Made by a program: the position numbers and the translations under genes
Assembly: GCA_035474135.1 (NCBI GenBank)
Contig: DATINP010000184.1
Location: forward strand, 9 to 64,008
Direction: 5' to 3'
DNA from: Chloroflexia bacterium
GTDB taxonomy: Bacteria; Chloroflexota; Chloroflexia; QHBQ01; JADMIH01
DNA length: 64,000 nt
The notes under the pieces: generated by a model
The model's database searches: none
Told to the model about the DNA's origin: nothing
Seen by the model: only the letters and a program-made list of their open reading frames with translations
In this document: positions 27,903-37,965 of the stretch, piece after piece
Numbering within the stretch: the first letter of the stretch is position 1
How the letters are laid out: the number at the start of each line of letters is the position of its first letter

Positions 27903-30848
27903 ATGCCTGTTACCCGCACATTCCTCTTTACTGATATAGAAGGTAGTACCAGGGCCGAGCAACGGAAGCCAGTGGCCTGGGCGAACAATCATAAGATGCA
28001 TGATCAGATTGTTGAGGAAATCGTACGAGCAAATCACGGTACGGTATACAAGCACACGGGAGATGGCTACCAGGCTGCATTCGTGAACGCGCCTGAAGCA
28101 CTTAGGGCCGCGTTAGAAATACAGCGCAAGCTCAACAGCACGGAATGGGAAGGTGATACTCCCATCCATGTGCGGATTGGCCTGCATACCGGCGAGGCTG
28201 AGCAGAGAGGCTCAGATTACCTGGGTGACGACCTGCACAGAGCGGCCCGTCTGATGGACGCGGGGCATGGCGGTCAGGTATTGATATCACTGGTCACCAG
28301 TGAGCTTGTGCGTGAGGCGCTGAGGAGAGATCCGGCGCTGGCTGGCGTTGAGCTAAGGGACCTCGGGGTCTACGGTCTCCGGGACCTTCAACGCCCTGAA
28401 CGCATATTCCAATTGGATGCCCAGGGTCTGGATACGAGCTTTCCGCCTCTACGAGCCGAGAAGGCCTTCTTCACAAATCTTCCTGCTGAGCTTGGTCCCT
28501 TTATTGGGCGGCAAGCAGAAATAAAGGCATTACGAGAACAATTGTCGGGCACGCGCTTACTCACTATTTCCGGCGCGGCCGGTGCCGGAAAAACACGTAC
28601 CGCACTACATTTGGCGAGAGAGGTTGCCCCAGAATTTGAGGATGGAGTCGTGCTTATCGAGCTGGGCTCAATCTCCGATCCCGATCTGGTGATACAAACA
28701 GTTGCTTCGGTGTTCGGCGTTCGAGAGAGTGGTGGAACCCCCCTCAAGGATAGCTTGATCTTCTATTTGCAGAAGAAAAAGGTGTTGCTAATCTTTGATA
28801 ACTGTGAGCATCTGTTGGACGCTTGTGCCGACTTCATAGGTACACTCCTGAGCAGGTCATCCAGGCTGAAAGTGATAGCTACGAGCCGTGAACGACTTGA
28901 TATAGATGGCGAGGCTTTGTGTAGCCTGCAAATGCTGCCCGTACCGGATGTGCCCGACAAGACGACTCTGGCCGACTTGCACTCATATGCCGCGCTGGAG
29001 CTATTTGTTGCAGAGGCCGTGAATGCCGACTCTGAGTTCAAGGTCACCGAGGGGAACATCGCTACGATTGCCCAGATATGCAGGCAGTTGGATGGCAATG
29101 CATTGGCGATCAGATTGGCTGCTTCGCTTACACCAACACTGTCGGTAGACGAGATGTTGGACCGGCTCCGAGAGCGCTTCGACATGCTGGTGCAAGGACG
29201 CAGGCAGTCGGTGGCCCGGCATAAGACGCTCAAGGCAGCAATCGACTGGAGCTATGATCTGTTAGACCCGGATGAAGCGGCCCTCTTCCGGCGATTGGCT
29301 GTCTTCGCGGGGGCATGGTCTTTAAAGGCGGCTGAAAGCGTCTGCGTTGACGATAAGTTTAGTCAGAGCAAACTGATAACTGTACTGAACAGCCTTGTGC
29401 GCAAGAACCTGGTCCTGAAGGTGACGGGTGGCGCAGAGTCGCGCTTTGGTATGCTGGAGACCGTGCGAGAGTACGCCCGTATGCAGCTTCGGGAAACCGA
29501 TGAGGGGGATAGGCTCGCATTAGCCCAGGAGCATGCGCAATACTTTACTTCGCTGGCTAAGCGCGAGGCAGGTAGAGTCTGGGGCGCAGAGCCGGAGGTC
29601 GGAATTACCAGGCTGGAGCAAGACTATGACGACCTGGTTAGCGCGCTCGAATGGGCACGAAAGACGGAGCAGGGTAAGGAGTCGGGGTTGGGGCTGCAAT
29701 TAGCCGCAGCGCTGGGTCCGTTCTGGGAGCGACGCGGCTTCCTGAGCGATGGTAGAGAGCGTCTGGCACAGGCGCTTCGTGCCAAAAGAGTTCCGGAACA
29801 TGACAGGTATCGCGTGGAAGCTCTGGAGGCGGCGGCAAGGCTTGCGTTTTTGCAGAACGAGTACGCCGAGGCAATGACCTTCTACGAGAAGAGCCTCAAA
29901 ATAAGACGTGAGCTTGCATCAAAGAAGCAGGACACCCGGCTGCAACATGGGGTGGTTGGCGTGTTAAATAAGATCGGTCAAGCGGCCGCCCGTAATGGAG
30001 ACTACGCTGTTGCGGAGCGGCGGCTGCGGGAGGCGATGGAACTTGCCGAGAAGACAAAGCATGTGAGAGGCATTGTTGGTGCACTCGACCATCTCGCGGA
30101 GGTCGCCTGGCGGCAGGGTGATTTCGAGGTGGCAATAGAACGGTATAAAGCATGTCTCACATACGCACGCCAGCAGCGGGGCAAGCCAAAAGACCTGTCT
30201 ACGCTCGATTCGCTGATCGGTCAGGGCCGGGTACTTATGTTGCAGGGTAAGTATGACGAAGCGGCGGCGGCGTATTCGAAATGCCTCGACATTAATAAGG
30301 AACATGGTAACAAGACCGATATAGCCTTCGCTCACAGCGATCTCAGTGAAGTTGCGTTTCGGAAGGGCGATTACGAGACTGCGCGGAGGCATGCGGATGT
30401 GAGTTTGCGGCTCAGGCAAGAGGCGAAAAATGAATGGGGAATAGCGACCTCGCAGCAGCAACTCGCTCAGGTGGAGCACAAAAAGGGCTTGCATGCAGAG
30501 GCGCTTCTGCATGTGAAGGAAAGCCTGTTGATATTCGAGCGGCTCTTGTCCAGGAAGGGTATCGCTGACTGTCTGTTGCTGGTCGCATCGATAAGCCGTG
30601 ACAACGGCGATGAGGAGATTGCTGCCAGGTTATTTGGGGCGGCAGAGATGCTTCTCGACAACCGGGGCGCGCAATTGTCGGTGCCCCAACGCGATTACTA
30701 TGAGCACAGTATTCTAACGCCCGCTCGTAAGCAATTGGATAGCAAGGCCTGGGCAACAGGGCGAGGGATCGACCTGGGGGCCGCAATCGCATTGGCCGTA
30801 GAGTATACACCCGAGAAACCCTCGGAGGTACCAAGCCCGTCCCGATAG
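27903..30848 (+). CDS. Class III nucleotidyl cyclase + STAND (NB-ARC-like) ATPase + TPR protein
   Basis: FLFTDIEGST, KHTGDG, RIGLHTG, HRAARL (cyclase); GAAGAGKT Walker A, LIFDNCEH Walker B, LDGNALAIRLAA, IDWSYDLL; C-terminal TPR-like helices. Confidence 0.92.
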   Translation: MPVTRTFLFTDIEGSTRAEQRKPVAWANNHKMHDQIVEEIVRANHGTVYKHTGDGYQAAFVNAPEALRAALEIQRKLNSTEWEGDTPIHVRIGLHTGEAEQRGSDYLGDDLHRAARLMDAGHGGQVLISLVTSELVREALRRDPALAGVELRDLGVYGLRDLQRPERIFQLDAQGLDTSFPPLRAEKAFFTNLPAELGPFIGRQAEIKALREQLSGTRLLTISGAAGAGKTRTALHLAREVAPEFEDGVVLIELGSISDPDLVIQTVASVFGVRESGGTPLKDSLIFYLQKKKVLLIFDNCEHLLDACADFIGTLLSRSSRLKVIATSRERLDIDGEALCSLQMLPVPDVPDKTTLADLHSYAALELFVAEAVNADSEFKVTEGNIATIAQICRQLDGNALAIRLAASLTPTLSVDEMLDRLRERFDMLVQGRRQSVARHKTLKAAIDWSYDLLDPDEAALFRRLAVFAGAWSLKAAESVCVDDKFSQSKLITVLNSLVRKNLVLKVTGGAESRFGMLETVREYARMQLRETDEGDRLALAQEHAQYFTSLAKREAGRVWGAEPEVGITRLEQDYDDLVSALEWARKTEQGKESGLGLQLAAALGPFWERRGFLSDGRERLAQALRAKRVPEHDRYRVEALEAAARLAFLQNEYAEAMTFYEKSLKIRRELASKKQDTRLQHGVVGVLNKIGQAAARNGDYAVAERRLREAMELAEKTKHVRGIVGALDHLAEVAWRQGDFEVAIERYKACLTYARQQRGKPKDLSTLDSLIGQGRVLMLQGKYDEAAAAYSKCLDINKEHGNKTDIAFAHSDLSEVAFRKGDYETARRHADVSLRLRQEAKNEWGIATSQQQLAQVEHKKGLHAEALLHVKESLLIFERLLSRKGIADCLLLVASISRDNGDEEIAARLFGAAEMLLDNRGAQLSVPQRDYYEHSILTPARKQLDSKAWATGRGIDLGAAIALAVEYTPEKPSEVPSPSR

Positions 30849-30950
30849 CCTCAGTGGCTTGCTTTCGCCCAAACAGTCAGTTGCGCGAGTCTGTTCTCAT
30901 TTGGCTGTTCTTAGGGCCTGTTGAACGCTTTCAGAGCTCCTGATCGCGCC

Positions 30951-31562
30951 TTACGCATCCAACTCGGCCAGGGACCATGGGGTGAGGTGTCCGCCTTTCT
31001 CGCCAAGTTCAGGAACGTCAATGCCTTGCAGGCCGAGCATCAGCGCAATCTGCCCGCCGTGATGCAGGTCGTGGGACAAGACACGCCAGATGGTCCATTG
31101 CCGCGTCACCGCGTATAGCTTGCCCTCCCTGATGTGCCGGTAGGTCCGGGCCAGGTCGGCCACCGTCCAGGTGCTGAGGGTTGTTTCGATCATCTGCCAG
31201 CTCAACTCCAGCCACTTGAGGGGTTCGCCGGGGGTCTTGATCACCGTCTCCTCCCATTGGATGTTGGCCTCCATCCATCTTCTTAGCTCGCTTATATCCC
31301 CTGCGTCGAACTTTTCAGTTGCCCAGGGAGCAATCTGACGGGCGAGGGCAGCAGATCCAGGGGCACTCATCTTATAGAACCACCACAGCCGGGCGCCGGC
31401 GACATGGGCGATCAGTTCGTTCACCGACACCGAAGACTGGTTGAGTTCGAGGCGCCATGTTAGTTGTTCCGGCGTCAGTGGAGTGACCGCACGCATCAGG
31501 GCCTGCTGATGGCTATCCCACCCATCGTAGACCGTCTTCAAGAAAGGTGAAGTCGTGGTCAT
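30951..31562 (-). CDS. DinB/YfiT-family metalloprotein
   Basis: LIAHVAGAR, WRVLSHDLHHGGQI; GGAGG before ATG 31562. Confidence 0.85.
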   Translation of the reverse strand: MTTTSPFLKTVYDGWDSHQQALMRAVTPLTPEQLTWRLELNQSSVSVNELIAHVAGARLWWFYKMSAPGSAALARQIAPWATEKFDAGDISELRRWMEANIQWEETVIKTPGEPLKWLELSWQMIETTLSTWTVADLARTYRHIREGKLYAVTRQWTIWRVLSHDLHHGGQIALMLGLQGIDVPELGEKGGHLTPWSLAELDA

Positions 31563-31601
31563 GAAAATCTCCTCCCTGTCCGGTGAGTCAGCTAGCCTCA
31601 C

Positions 31602-32183
31602 CTATGCCACTAAATCAGTAGGGGGGTTCTTGACTTGAAAAGGAGCCTTGGGTCTGTTCTTTAGTCCGGCACTGAGTCGTGGCCAGATACCCAAGCGATT
31701 ATGTTGTTGCACATTGAGGTCAGTAGTGGAGTGCTGGACCACTGTCTCAATACAAGTACTTACCTCATTACTCGAATCCGCCAGCATTTCATAGTAGTCT
31801 CGTGACCGTTCCTCGATATCTGCTAATGTGCTATGTAGCCGATATATAGCTTTGGACACATTTTCAGAAACTACGTAACCACCCAAGCCCGCCTCCTTAA
31901 AAAGTGCCTCACGCGCTTGAGCGAAGTCTGAGTTTAGCCGCTCATGCCGCGGTGACTCGGAATCCAACCCACCTTGAATCTCATCCTCCAAAAGTTGACC
32001 GAAGTAATACTTTAGCGTTGATAGATGACTTAGGATGTTGCTATATGTATCTGCTTTTCTCTCCCACCACTTTTGAGAATAGAACTGCCGCAAAGACAAC
32101 CTAACAGTTAGGTACGAGGTTGCTATCGCTATTACTAACGGCATCAAGAGGCTACCCGTTATTATCTTCATTAACTCATCCAT
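31602..32183 (-). CDS. Hypothetical protein, N-terminal TM helix then KWWERK motif
   Basis: AT-richer ORF; GGAG before ATG 32183. Confidence 0.65.
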   Translation of the reverse strand: MDELMKIITGSLLMPLVIAIATSYLTVRLSLRQFYSQKWWERKADTYSNILSHLSTLKYYFGQLLEDEIQGGLDSESPRHERLNSDFAQAREALFKEAGLGGYVVSENVSKAIYRLHSTLADIEERSRDYYEMLADSSNEVSTCIETVVQHSTTDLNVQQHNRLGIWPRLSAGLKNRPKAPFQVKNPPTDLVA

Positions 32184-32507
32184 AATCACTCCGTAATTCC
32201 TGTAAACGAACACCTACTCTTCAAATACATATTACGTTGTCGGACAAGTGTTTGTCGCAGTTTGCACTCATAGCTTTGGGGCAACCCTAAGACTACAGTA
32301 AAGCGGGGGTTGACCACCTCACCTCATGTACAATAAAGCTCCGGAGCCGACATGGACTTGCTCCGGGCCTACCGGCTGGGCGTTGATTGCTTGCTTAGGT
32401 ATGCAGAACTGGGACCGCAAAGAGTACGGGGTTAGTTCCGCCGACTCCCCAAGGTGAGAGGTGGAGGGCTGTGTAGGTTCTCGCACCCTACATATTACAG
32501 TCCCAAC

Positions 32508-34052
32508 CTACATCATCATCCTGGGCCTGTACTGCACAGCCTCTGCAAGGTGCGCCGCCTCTATCCTCTCGCTCCCTGCCAGGTCGGCTATCGTGCGCGA
32601 CAGCTTCAATATCCTATGGTAAGCGCGGGCCGAGAGATGTAGCTGGCGCATCGCAGCCTTGATCAGCGACTGGCCCGCCGCGTCGAGTTCGCAATACTCG
32701 CGGATCTCTGCCGGGCGCATCTCGGCGTTGCACGTCACTCCCTCTACGTCCTTGAACCGCTCGCGCTGCCTCTTGCTGGCCGCCTCCACTCTGCCGCGTA
32801 TGGCTGCCGAGGTTTCGCCCAGCCTCTTGTCCGACAGCTTTTCGTAGTCCACACGCGGCACTTCGATATGGATGTCTATGCGGTCGAGCAGTGGCCCGCT
32901 GATCTTCTTCTGGTAGCGCGTGATCGTAGACGGAGAGCACACGCACTCCTTCACAGGGTCTCCGTAGTACCCACAAGGGCAAGGATTCTGCGCGGCAATC
33001 AGCACAAAGTTGGCAGGGAACGACAAAGTCCCACTGACGCGCGTGATCGTCACGACGCGATCTTCGAGCGGCTGGCGCAGCGTCTCAAGCAACTGCGAAG
33101 TATACTCCGGCAGTTCGTCCAGGAAAAGAACTCCTCTGTGCGCCAGAGTGATCTCGCCCGGGCGTGGTATCCTCCCACCGCCCACAAGCCCGGCGTGCGA
33201 AACCGTGTGGTGCGGAGCGCGAAACGGCCTCACCCTGATCAACGGCTTGCCGGGCGGCAGCATCCCCGCGATAGAGTATATCTTGGTCACTTCAAGCATC
33301 TCTTGCGGCACCATCGCGGGTAATATCGTGGGAGTACAGCGTGCCAGCAATGTTTTGCCCGACCCTGGAGGGCCCGACATAAGCAGATTGTGCGCCCCGG
33401 CCGCCGCTACCTCCAATGCCCGCTTGACGTGCTCTTGCCCCTTGATGTGGCTCATGTCGACAGGGTAATGCCTGTCGCCTTCGTCCTCGGCGAGGGGGTC
33501 GGCTATGTAGGGGACTATGCTTCCCTGCGCTAGCGGGTGGTTGTTGAGATGCAGTACAAGCTGGCGCAACGTCGTCACGGGCAAAATCTCGACGCCACCG
33601 ATCAGCGCGGCTTCGGGAGCATCCTCAACAGGCACATACACGCGCTTGATTCCGCGCTGGCTCGCCATAGCGACCATAGCCAGTACGCCGTTCGTGTGCC
33701 GCACGGCCCCATCGAGGCCCAACTCGCCCAGGAATACCGTGTCACTGATATCGCCGTGTATCTGGTCGGTCGCCAGCATGATCCCCAGGGCGATAGGCAG
33801 GTCGTAGGCAGGGCCTTCCTTGCGCAGGTCGGCGGGTGCAAGGTTCACCACGATGCGCGAAGGCTGCGGGATGGTTCCTCCCGAATTGCGTATCGCTGAT
33901 CTCACCCTTTCCTTCGACTCGTTGACCGCCGCATCAGGCAAGCCCACAATCGCCATAGAGGGCATTCCGGCCCTGGTCACGTCCACCTCTACCTCGATGA
34001 GTGAGCCTTCCAGCCCCACCACAGCACAGCTAAGCACCTGTGCAAGCGCCAT
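32508..34052 (-). CDS. comM: YifB/ComM-family Mg-chelatase-like AAA+ ATPase
   Basis: VGLPDAAVNESKER, NLAPADLRKEGPAYDLPIA, GPPGSGKT, FRAPHHT, FLDELPEY, NPCPCGY, SGPLLDRID. Confidence 0.96.
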   Translation of the reverse strand: MALAQVLSCAVVGLEGSLIEVEVDVTRAGMPSMAIVGLPDAAVNESKERVRSAIRNSGGTIPQPSRIVVNLAPADLRKEGPAYDLPIALGIMLATDQIHGDISDTVFLGELGLDGAVRHTNGVLAMVAMASQRGIKRVYVPVEDAPEAALIGGVEILPVTTLRQLVLHLNNHPLAQGSIVPYIADPLAEDEGDRHYPVDMSHIKGQEHVKRALEVAAAGAHNLLMSGPPGSGKTLLARCTPTILPAMVPQEMLEVTKIYSIAGMLPPGKPLIRVRPFRAPHHTVSHAGLVGGGRIPRPGEITLAHRGVLFLDELPEYTSQLLETLRQPLEDRVVTITRVSGTLSFPANFVLIAAQNPCPCGYYGDPVKECVCSPSTITRYQKKISGPLLDRIDIHIEVPRVDYEKLSDKRLGETSAAIRGRVEAASKRQRERFKDVEGVTCNAEMRPAEIREYCELDAAGQSLIKAAMRQLHLSARAYHRILKLSRTIADLAGSERIEAAHLAEAVQYRPRMMM

Positions 34053-34069
34053 CCCGATCTACCCTCCGT

Positions 34070-34156
34070 GAGTTCTGAGTTCTGAGTTCCGAGTTCTGAG
34101 ATGGCATACGAGCACATTTGGCCTTTAGTGCACTCAGCACTCGGAACTCAGAACTC
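34070..34156. repeat. Inverted heptamer arrays (GAGTTCY)x4 / (RGAACTC)n
   Basis: Arms 34077-34100 and 34133-34156 complementary at 23/24 positions. Confidence 0.9.
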
Positions 34157-34250
34157 GTACATTACGCCGGGCAGGACAAAACGCCCTCCCAGACAGGTAG
34201 GGGCAGTATATCACTGTGCCGAGGGATACGCAATGCAGAGAATCGGCGCT

Positions 34251-36536
34251 CTATCGTTTATCGCTCACCACTCTCGTTGCTCCCCACAGGCACGCCACTG
34301 ATATGAGTACTAAGCCACCCGGCACCAGCACATCCCATATGGCGGGCATGCCCACCGACGCCAGGCTCGGCCTGTAGACCGCAGCGGTCAGGCCGTCCCA
34401 CAGGTATCGCGCCTCTACCAGTATGGCTGAGTTGGCGGGGTCGTACAGCGTGACGCCCTCGCCGGGGTCGCCCGCAAGCAGGAGACCGTAGTTGCGGAAG
34501 TACACCTGGAAGTCCACCATCGTGCCCGCGATATTGATGGCCGTTCCCAACACGCCCAGCGCAATCCACGCTGCTAACAATGTCTGCTTGCCTTTGCTCG
34601 GTTCGTCATTGTGCTCGGCCTCAGTTGCGCGCTCTCTGCCGCAAAAGGCCAGCGCCCACACCATGAGGGGCAATACAGGCACAATCAGCCTCGACCCCCA
34701 GGCAAAATTGCCCGTCCACGCCCACCACATCGCGTTGAAACCGAAGCCCGCCACGATCTCAGCTACGATAAGGCAGGCCACCAACCTGCCCACGCTCTCG
34801 CCGCGTCTGAACATCAACCATAGGCCTATGGGCACGAGGATTAACACGGGGGCGTACAGGAATACGCTCTTGCCGGGGCTAAACAATAGCCCGCCCAACC
34901 CCTCAAGCAGAGGCGTGCTGAACCCCGGCTCCTTCTCGTACCCTGTGCGGAATATCGCGTTGGCAAGAGGCGCGTACCGTATATAGTTGTAGGCGCCCTG
35001 TGCCACCAGCGCGAGGATTGGCCCCACTCCGAATATGGCGATGGCACGGACGATAGCAATACCCGTCGTCAGTCGTCTGTCGTCTGTCGTCCTCCTCCAT
35101 ACCAGCCACAGCACTGCCAATCCCACCGCAGGCCAATAGACCGCGAATGCAGGCTTGAACAGCAACATCGCGCCCAGGCATAGCCCCGACAACAGCAGCC
35201 GCAAGGCGCGTGGAGCCGCCAGGGATTGCCCATCCGGCAAGATCAGCAGTATCGAGGCGAGCAGAAACAGACCGCCCGCAGGCTCGGAAAAGAACGTGCG
35301 CCCGTAGTTCAGCGCGGGCGTAGCCAACAGGTAGGTGGCTGCCACTGCCAGCGATGTGCCCACCGAAGCGAATCGACGCGCCGCCCTGTACAGCAGAAGA
35401 AGGGTGAGCCCGGTCACTATCAGGTTGGTAAAAGAGACCGTCAGGCGCGTAATCCCATCAAGTTCGCCCCCGAGCCACACTCCCACCTTCCCCAGCCAGT
35501 AGAAAGGCACAGCGATCAAGGGTTGCCCGAATCCGTACTTGGTCCACGTCTCGAAGCCGGGATAGCGCGTAGGCCGCCCGTATTCTGCGATGCCTGCCGA
35601 TACCTGATACATACGGTCGGAGTCGAAGGCGTTCATATAGCCCAGGTACAGCAGCACGAGCGCGGCACACAACGTTATCACGATAAGCACAGTGCGCGGG
35701 ATCCGACGAACCCTGGTCTCGTCATGAGCAAGGCGCTCGGACCGCCAGTGGAGCAGCAGCACGAACCCCAGCGCAACGGGTGCGACCCATGCCACGACCG
35801 TTGTCCAAGGGTCGCGGTAGGCCGCGAGAGGACCGTACAGCAGGGGCACACAGGCCCCGGCCAGCATGGAGAACAGGGCGCGCCCTGTGCGTATCCGCAG
35901 AAATGCGTACAAGAGTATGCCCGCCAACCCCAACAGGGCCACCGCCAGCCAGGCGCGCAAACGGGCATAGGGCGCGTAGATTTCCAGCTCTTCTACCAAC
36001 AGACCGAGCGAGCGTCCCTCGCCGGGTGGGCTGTATTCCTGCGACTCCAGCGACGCGTGAGGGCTACCCACGCTCGTGTCGCCCCAGCCCTCCAGCGTCC
36101 ACTCCTGCCCTGGCGTGACGGTTTGCTGAGCGAGCATGGTGCCTTCCAGCTTTAGCGCGATATCACCACCGGCTCCCGCGATTCCCGTCACCTTGACGTG
36201 TATGCGCCCTGGCCCCCAGTTGGGCAGAACCAGTTGGGCCAGCGGCTGGGTCCACCTGTATATGCCGTGCTCGACGTTTTGTTCGGGCGCGTAGAAACCA
36301 TCGGCCAGGTAAACGCGGTCGGCCTCGGTGCCCACCCTCAATTCTTCGTCTGCCGACACGCGCCAGCCCAGCAAGCCCATTACCAATGTGACCAGCAAGA
36401 TCGGCATGGTAAGCAGAATCGCCGCGCGATAGGTGCGAAACGTCACAACGTTGGCACTCCATTTGCTAGACTGTATGTGAGGCGTCGGGCTAGGGGGATT
36501 TGGGGAATCGATCTCGGTTGGCGGCAAGGGCAGCAA
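34251..36536 (-). CDS. Polytopic membrane protein, probable GT-C/PMT-like glycosyltransferase
   Basis: Many TM helices; YARTFFSE-like YGRTFFSEP, GLLFSPGKSVFLYAP, WAWTGNFAWGSR motifs typical of this class; start uncertain (36536 TTG, 36527 TTG or 36446 GTG). Confidence 0.65.
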   Translation of the reverse strand: MLPLPPTEIDSPNPPSPTPHIQSSKWSANVVTFRTYRAAILLTMPILLVTLVMGLLGWRVSADEELRVGTEADRVYLADGFYAPEQNVEHGIYRWTQPLAQLVLPNWGPGRIHVKVTGIAGAGGDIALKLEGTMLAQQTVTPGQEWTLEGWGDTSVGSPHASLESQEYSPPGEGRSLGLLVEELEIYAPYARLRAWLAVALLGLAGILLYAFLRIRTGRALFSMLAGACVPLLYGPLAAYRDPWTTVVAWVAPVALGFVLLLHWRSERLAHDETRVRRIPRTVLIVITLCAALVLLYLGYMNAFDSDRMYQVSAGIAEYGRPTRYPGFETWTKYGFGQPLIAVPFYWLGKVGVWLGGELDGITRLTVSFTNLIVTGLTLLLLYRAARRFASVGTSLAVAATYLLATPALNYGRTFFSEPAGGLFLLASILLILPDGQSLAAPRALRLLLSGLCLGAMLLFKPAFAVYWPAVGLAVLWLVWRRTTDDRRLTTGIAIVRAIAIFGVGPILALVAQGAYNYIRYAPLANAIFRTGYEKEPGFSTPLLEGLGGLLFSPGKSVFLYAPVLILVPIGLWLMFRRGESVGRLVACLIVAEIVAGFGFNAMWWAWTGNFAWGSRLIVPVLPLMVWALAFCGRERATEAEHNDEPSKGKQTLLAAWIALGVLGTAINIAGTMVDFQVYFRNYGLLLAGDPGEGVTLYDPANSAILVEARYLWDGLTAAVYRPSLASVGMPAIWDVLVPGGLVLISVACLWGATRVVSDKR
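35065..35092. repeat. Heptamer array (GTCGTCN)x4 inside a coding sequence
   Basis: Encodes RTTDDRRLTT in frame between two hydrophobic segments. Confidence 0.85.
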
Positions 36537-36793
36537 TCACCTTTCGTCCAAAGTTATGCACAGCCAGGGTATTATATCATCAGGGAGTTGGAACCAAAGC
36601 CGTTCTTGTGTCGTTATTAACCATGTGAATGGCAGAAAATCAGGTTACATGTGGATTTTGTGGTAATTGTATAGTGTTTTGGTATATACTGATACTGAAA
36701 GTCCTCCCGGATATACGCTTAAAATAGTGCCTCTCCATTTACATAATGGGTAATTAAGGTAGGGTTCGAAAGGCCATAAAGGAGTCAAAAGTA

Positions 36794-37900
36794 ATGCTAG
36801 GCAAGGGCGCAATAACATATATATCACATAGAAATAGCAAGAGATTAGCGACTTTCTTCGCCTTGATGCTACTGATAACCACAGCGTGGGGAGCCATGGG
36901 CAGTCCTGCCTCCGCACAAAGCGTGGCCAGATTCGCTCTCCGCAGCACGGTTGCCACGACTGTGCCCACTGATCTGCTGGAGCAACCCTCGGCCAAGGGC
37001 ACATCCCTTGCCCAGTTGCCCGTAAACGCGAAATCCGTAGTGCTGGGTGGGCCATTCAATGAGGGCTGGTACTGGGTTTCGTATAACGCCGCCACGGGCT
37101 ATATAGACGGCAACGACCTGGTGCTCGTAGACGCAAACTGGAAGCCAATTGATAATTCGACTCCCACGCCCGCGCCCAGCGCGACACCTGTAGCTACCGC
37201 CACTCCTGGTGCCGGGGCTACGCCGGAAACGATTCCTACACCTTCAACAGCAGGTGACTACACAGGGCTGTGGCTGGGAGAACTTACCACGGGCGGTAAC
37301 GTGCGTGTTGGTCCAGGCCTCGACCAGAAGATACTCAAGGGTTGGGGAGCAGGTAGGCGCGTGCTCCTGTACCAATCAGCCGTAGACAGCAAGGGCGGCC
37401 TGTGGTATCGCGTGTCCGATCCGCCTGAGGAGCCGCAATGGGTACACTCGAGCCTGATCTCCAAGGTAGCCCCTGTTCAGTTTGACGGACCCAAGTACCA
37501 GGGTAGGTGGGTTGCTGTGAACCTTACCCAGCAGATTGCTACCGCGTATCAGGACGGCACGCCCGTCAAGGTAACGCTTGCCTCTACAGGTACGGTCAGG
37601 ACGCTCCCGAACGGCACCAAAGAAGACCTGCGCACTAACGTGGGCGTGTGGAAGATCTACTGGCGCCTGCCATCTCAGGAGATGAAGGGCGGCTCGATCG
37701 AAAATGGCGACTTCTACGACCTGAAGGACGTACCCTTCGTGCAGTACTTCTACCAGTCGGGGGAGGCCCTGCACGGCACCTACTGGCACGATGACTTCGG
37801 TCGCCCGCACTCTCACGGCTGTGTCAACCTGAGCACTCCGATGGCCGGTTGGTTCTATGACTTCGGCAAGATCGGCACTATAGTCTGGGTGCATTATTGA
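36794..37900 (+). CDS. L,D-transpeptidase (YkuD) with SH3-like domains
   Basis: Signal peptide, WYWVSY and WYRV...WVHS SH3-like segments, ALHGTYWH...SHGCVNL catalytic motif. Confidence 0.92.
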   Translation: MLGKGAITYISHRNSKRLATFFALMLLITTAWGAMGSPASAQSVARFALRSTVATTVPTDLLEQPSAKGTSLAQLPVNAKSVVLGGPFNEGWYWVSYNAATGYIDGNDLVLVDANWKPIDNSTPTPAPSATPVATATPGAGATPETIPTPSTAGDYTGLWLGELTTGGNVRVGPGLDQKILKGWGAGRRVLLYQSAVDSKGGLWYRVSDPPEEPQWVHSSLISKVAPVQFDGPKYQGRWVAVNLTQQIATAYQDGTPVKVTLASTGTVRTLPNGTKEDLRTNVGVWKIYWRLPSQEMKGGSIENGDFYDLKDVPFVQYFYQSGEALHGTYWHDDFGRPHSHGCVNLSTPMAGWFYDFGKIGTIVWVHY

Positions 37901-37915
37901 TAAGTAATTAACTAG

Positions 37916-37951
37916 AAAAGGCCCGTACCTGCTAACCGGTACGGGCCTTTT
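37916..37951. terminator. Rho-independent terminator
   Basis: AAAAGGCCCGTACC / GGTACGGGCCTTTT, perfect 14-bp stem, 8-nt loop. Confidence 0.9.
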
Positions 37952-37965
37952 GCTATTCATCTCCT

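Noticed and set aside
30905-30930. TAGGGCCTGTTGAAC as a possible IS terminal repeat
   Set aside because: About 12 bp of similarity with no partner repeat or transposase fragment seen.
32290-32400. Resemblance of GGGGGTTGACCACCTCA and a CCGGAGC/GCTCCGG hairpin to IS200/IS605 (IscB/TnpB) ends
   Set aside because: Match too short, no transposase or nuclease fragment nearby.
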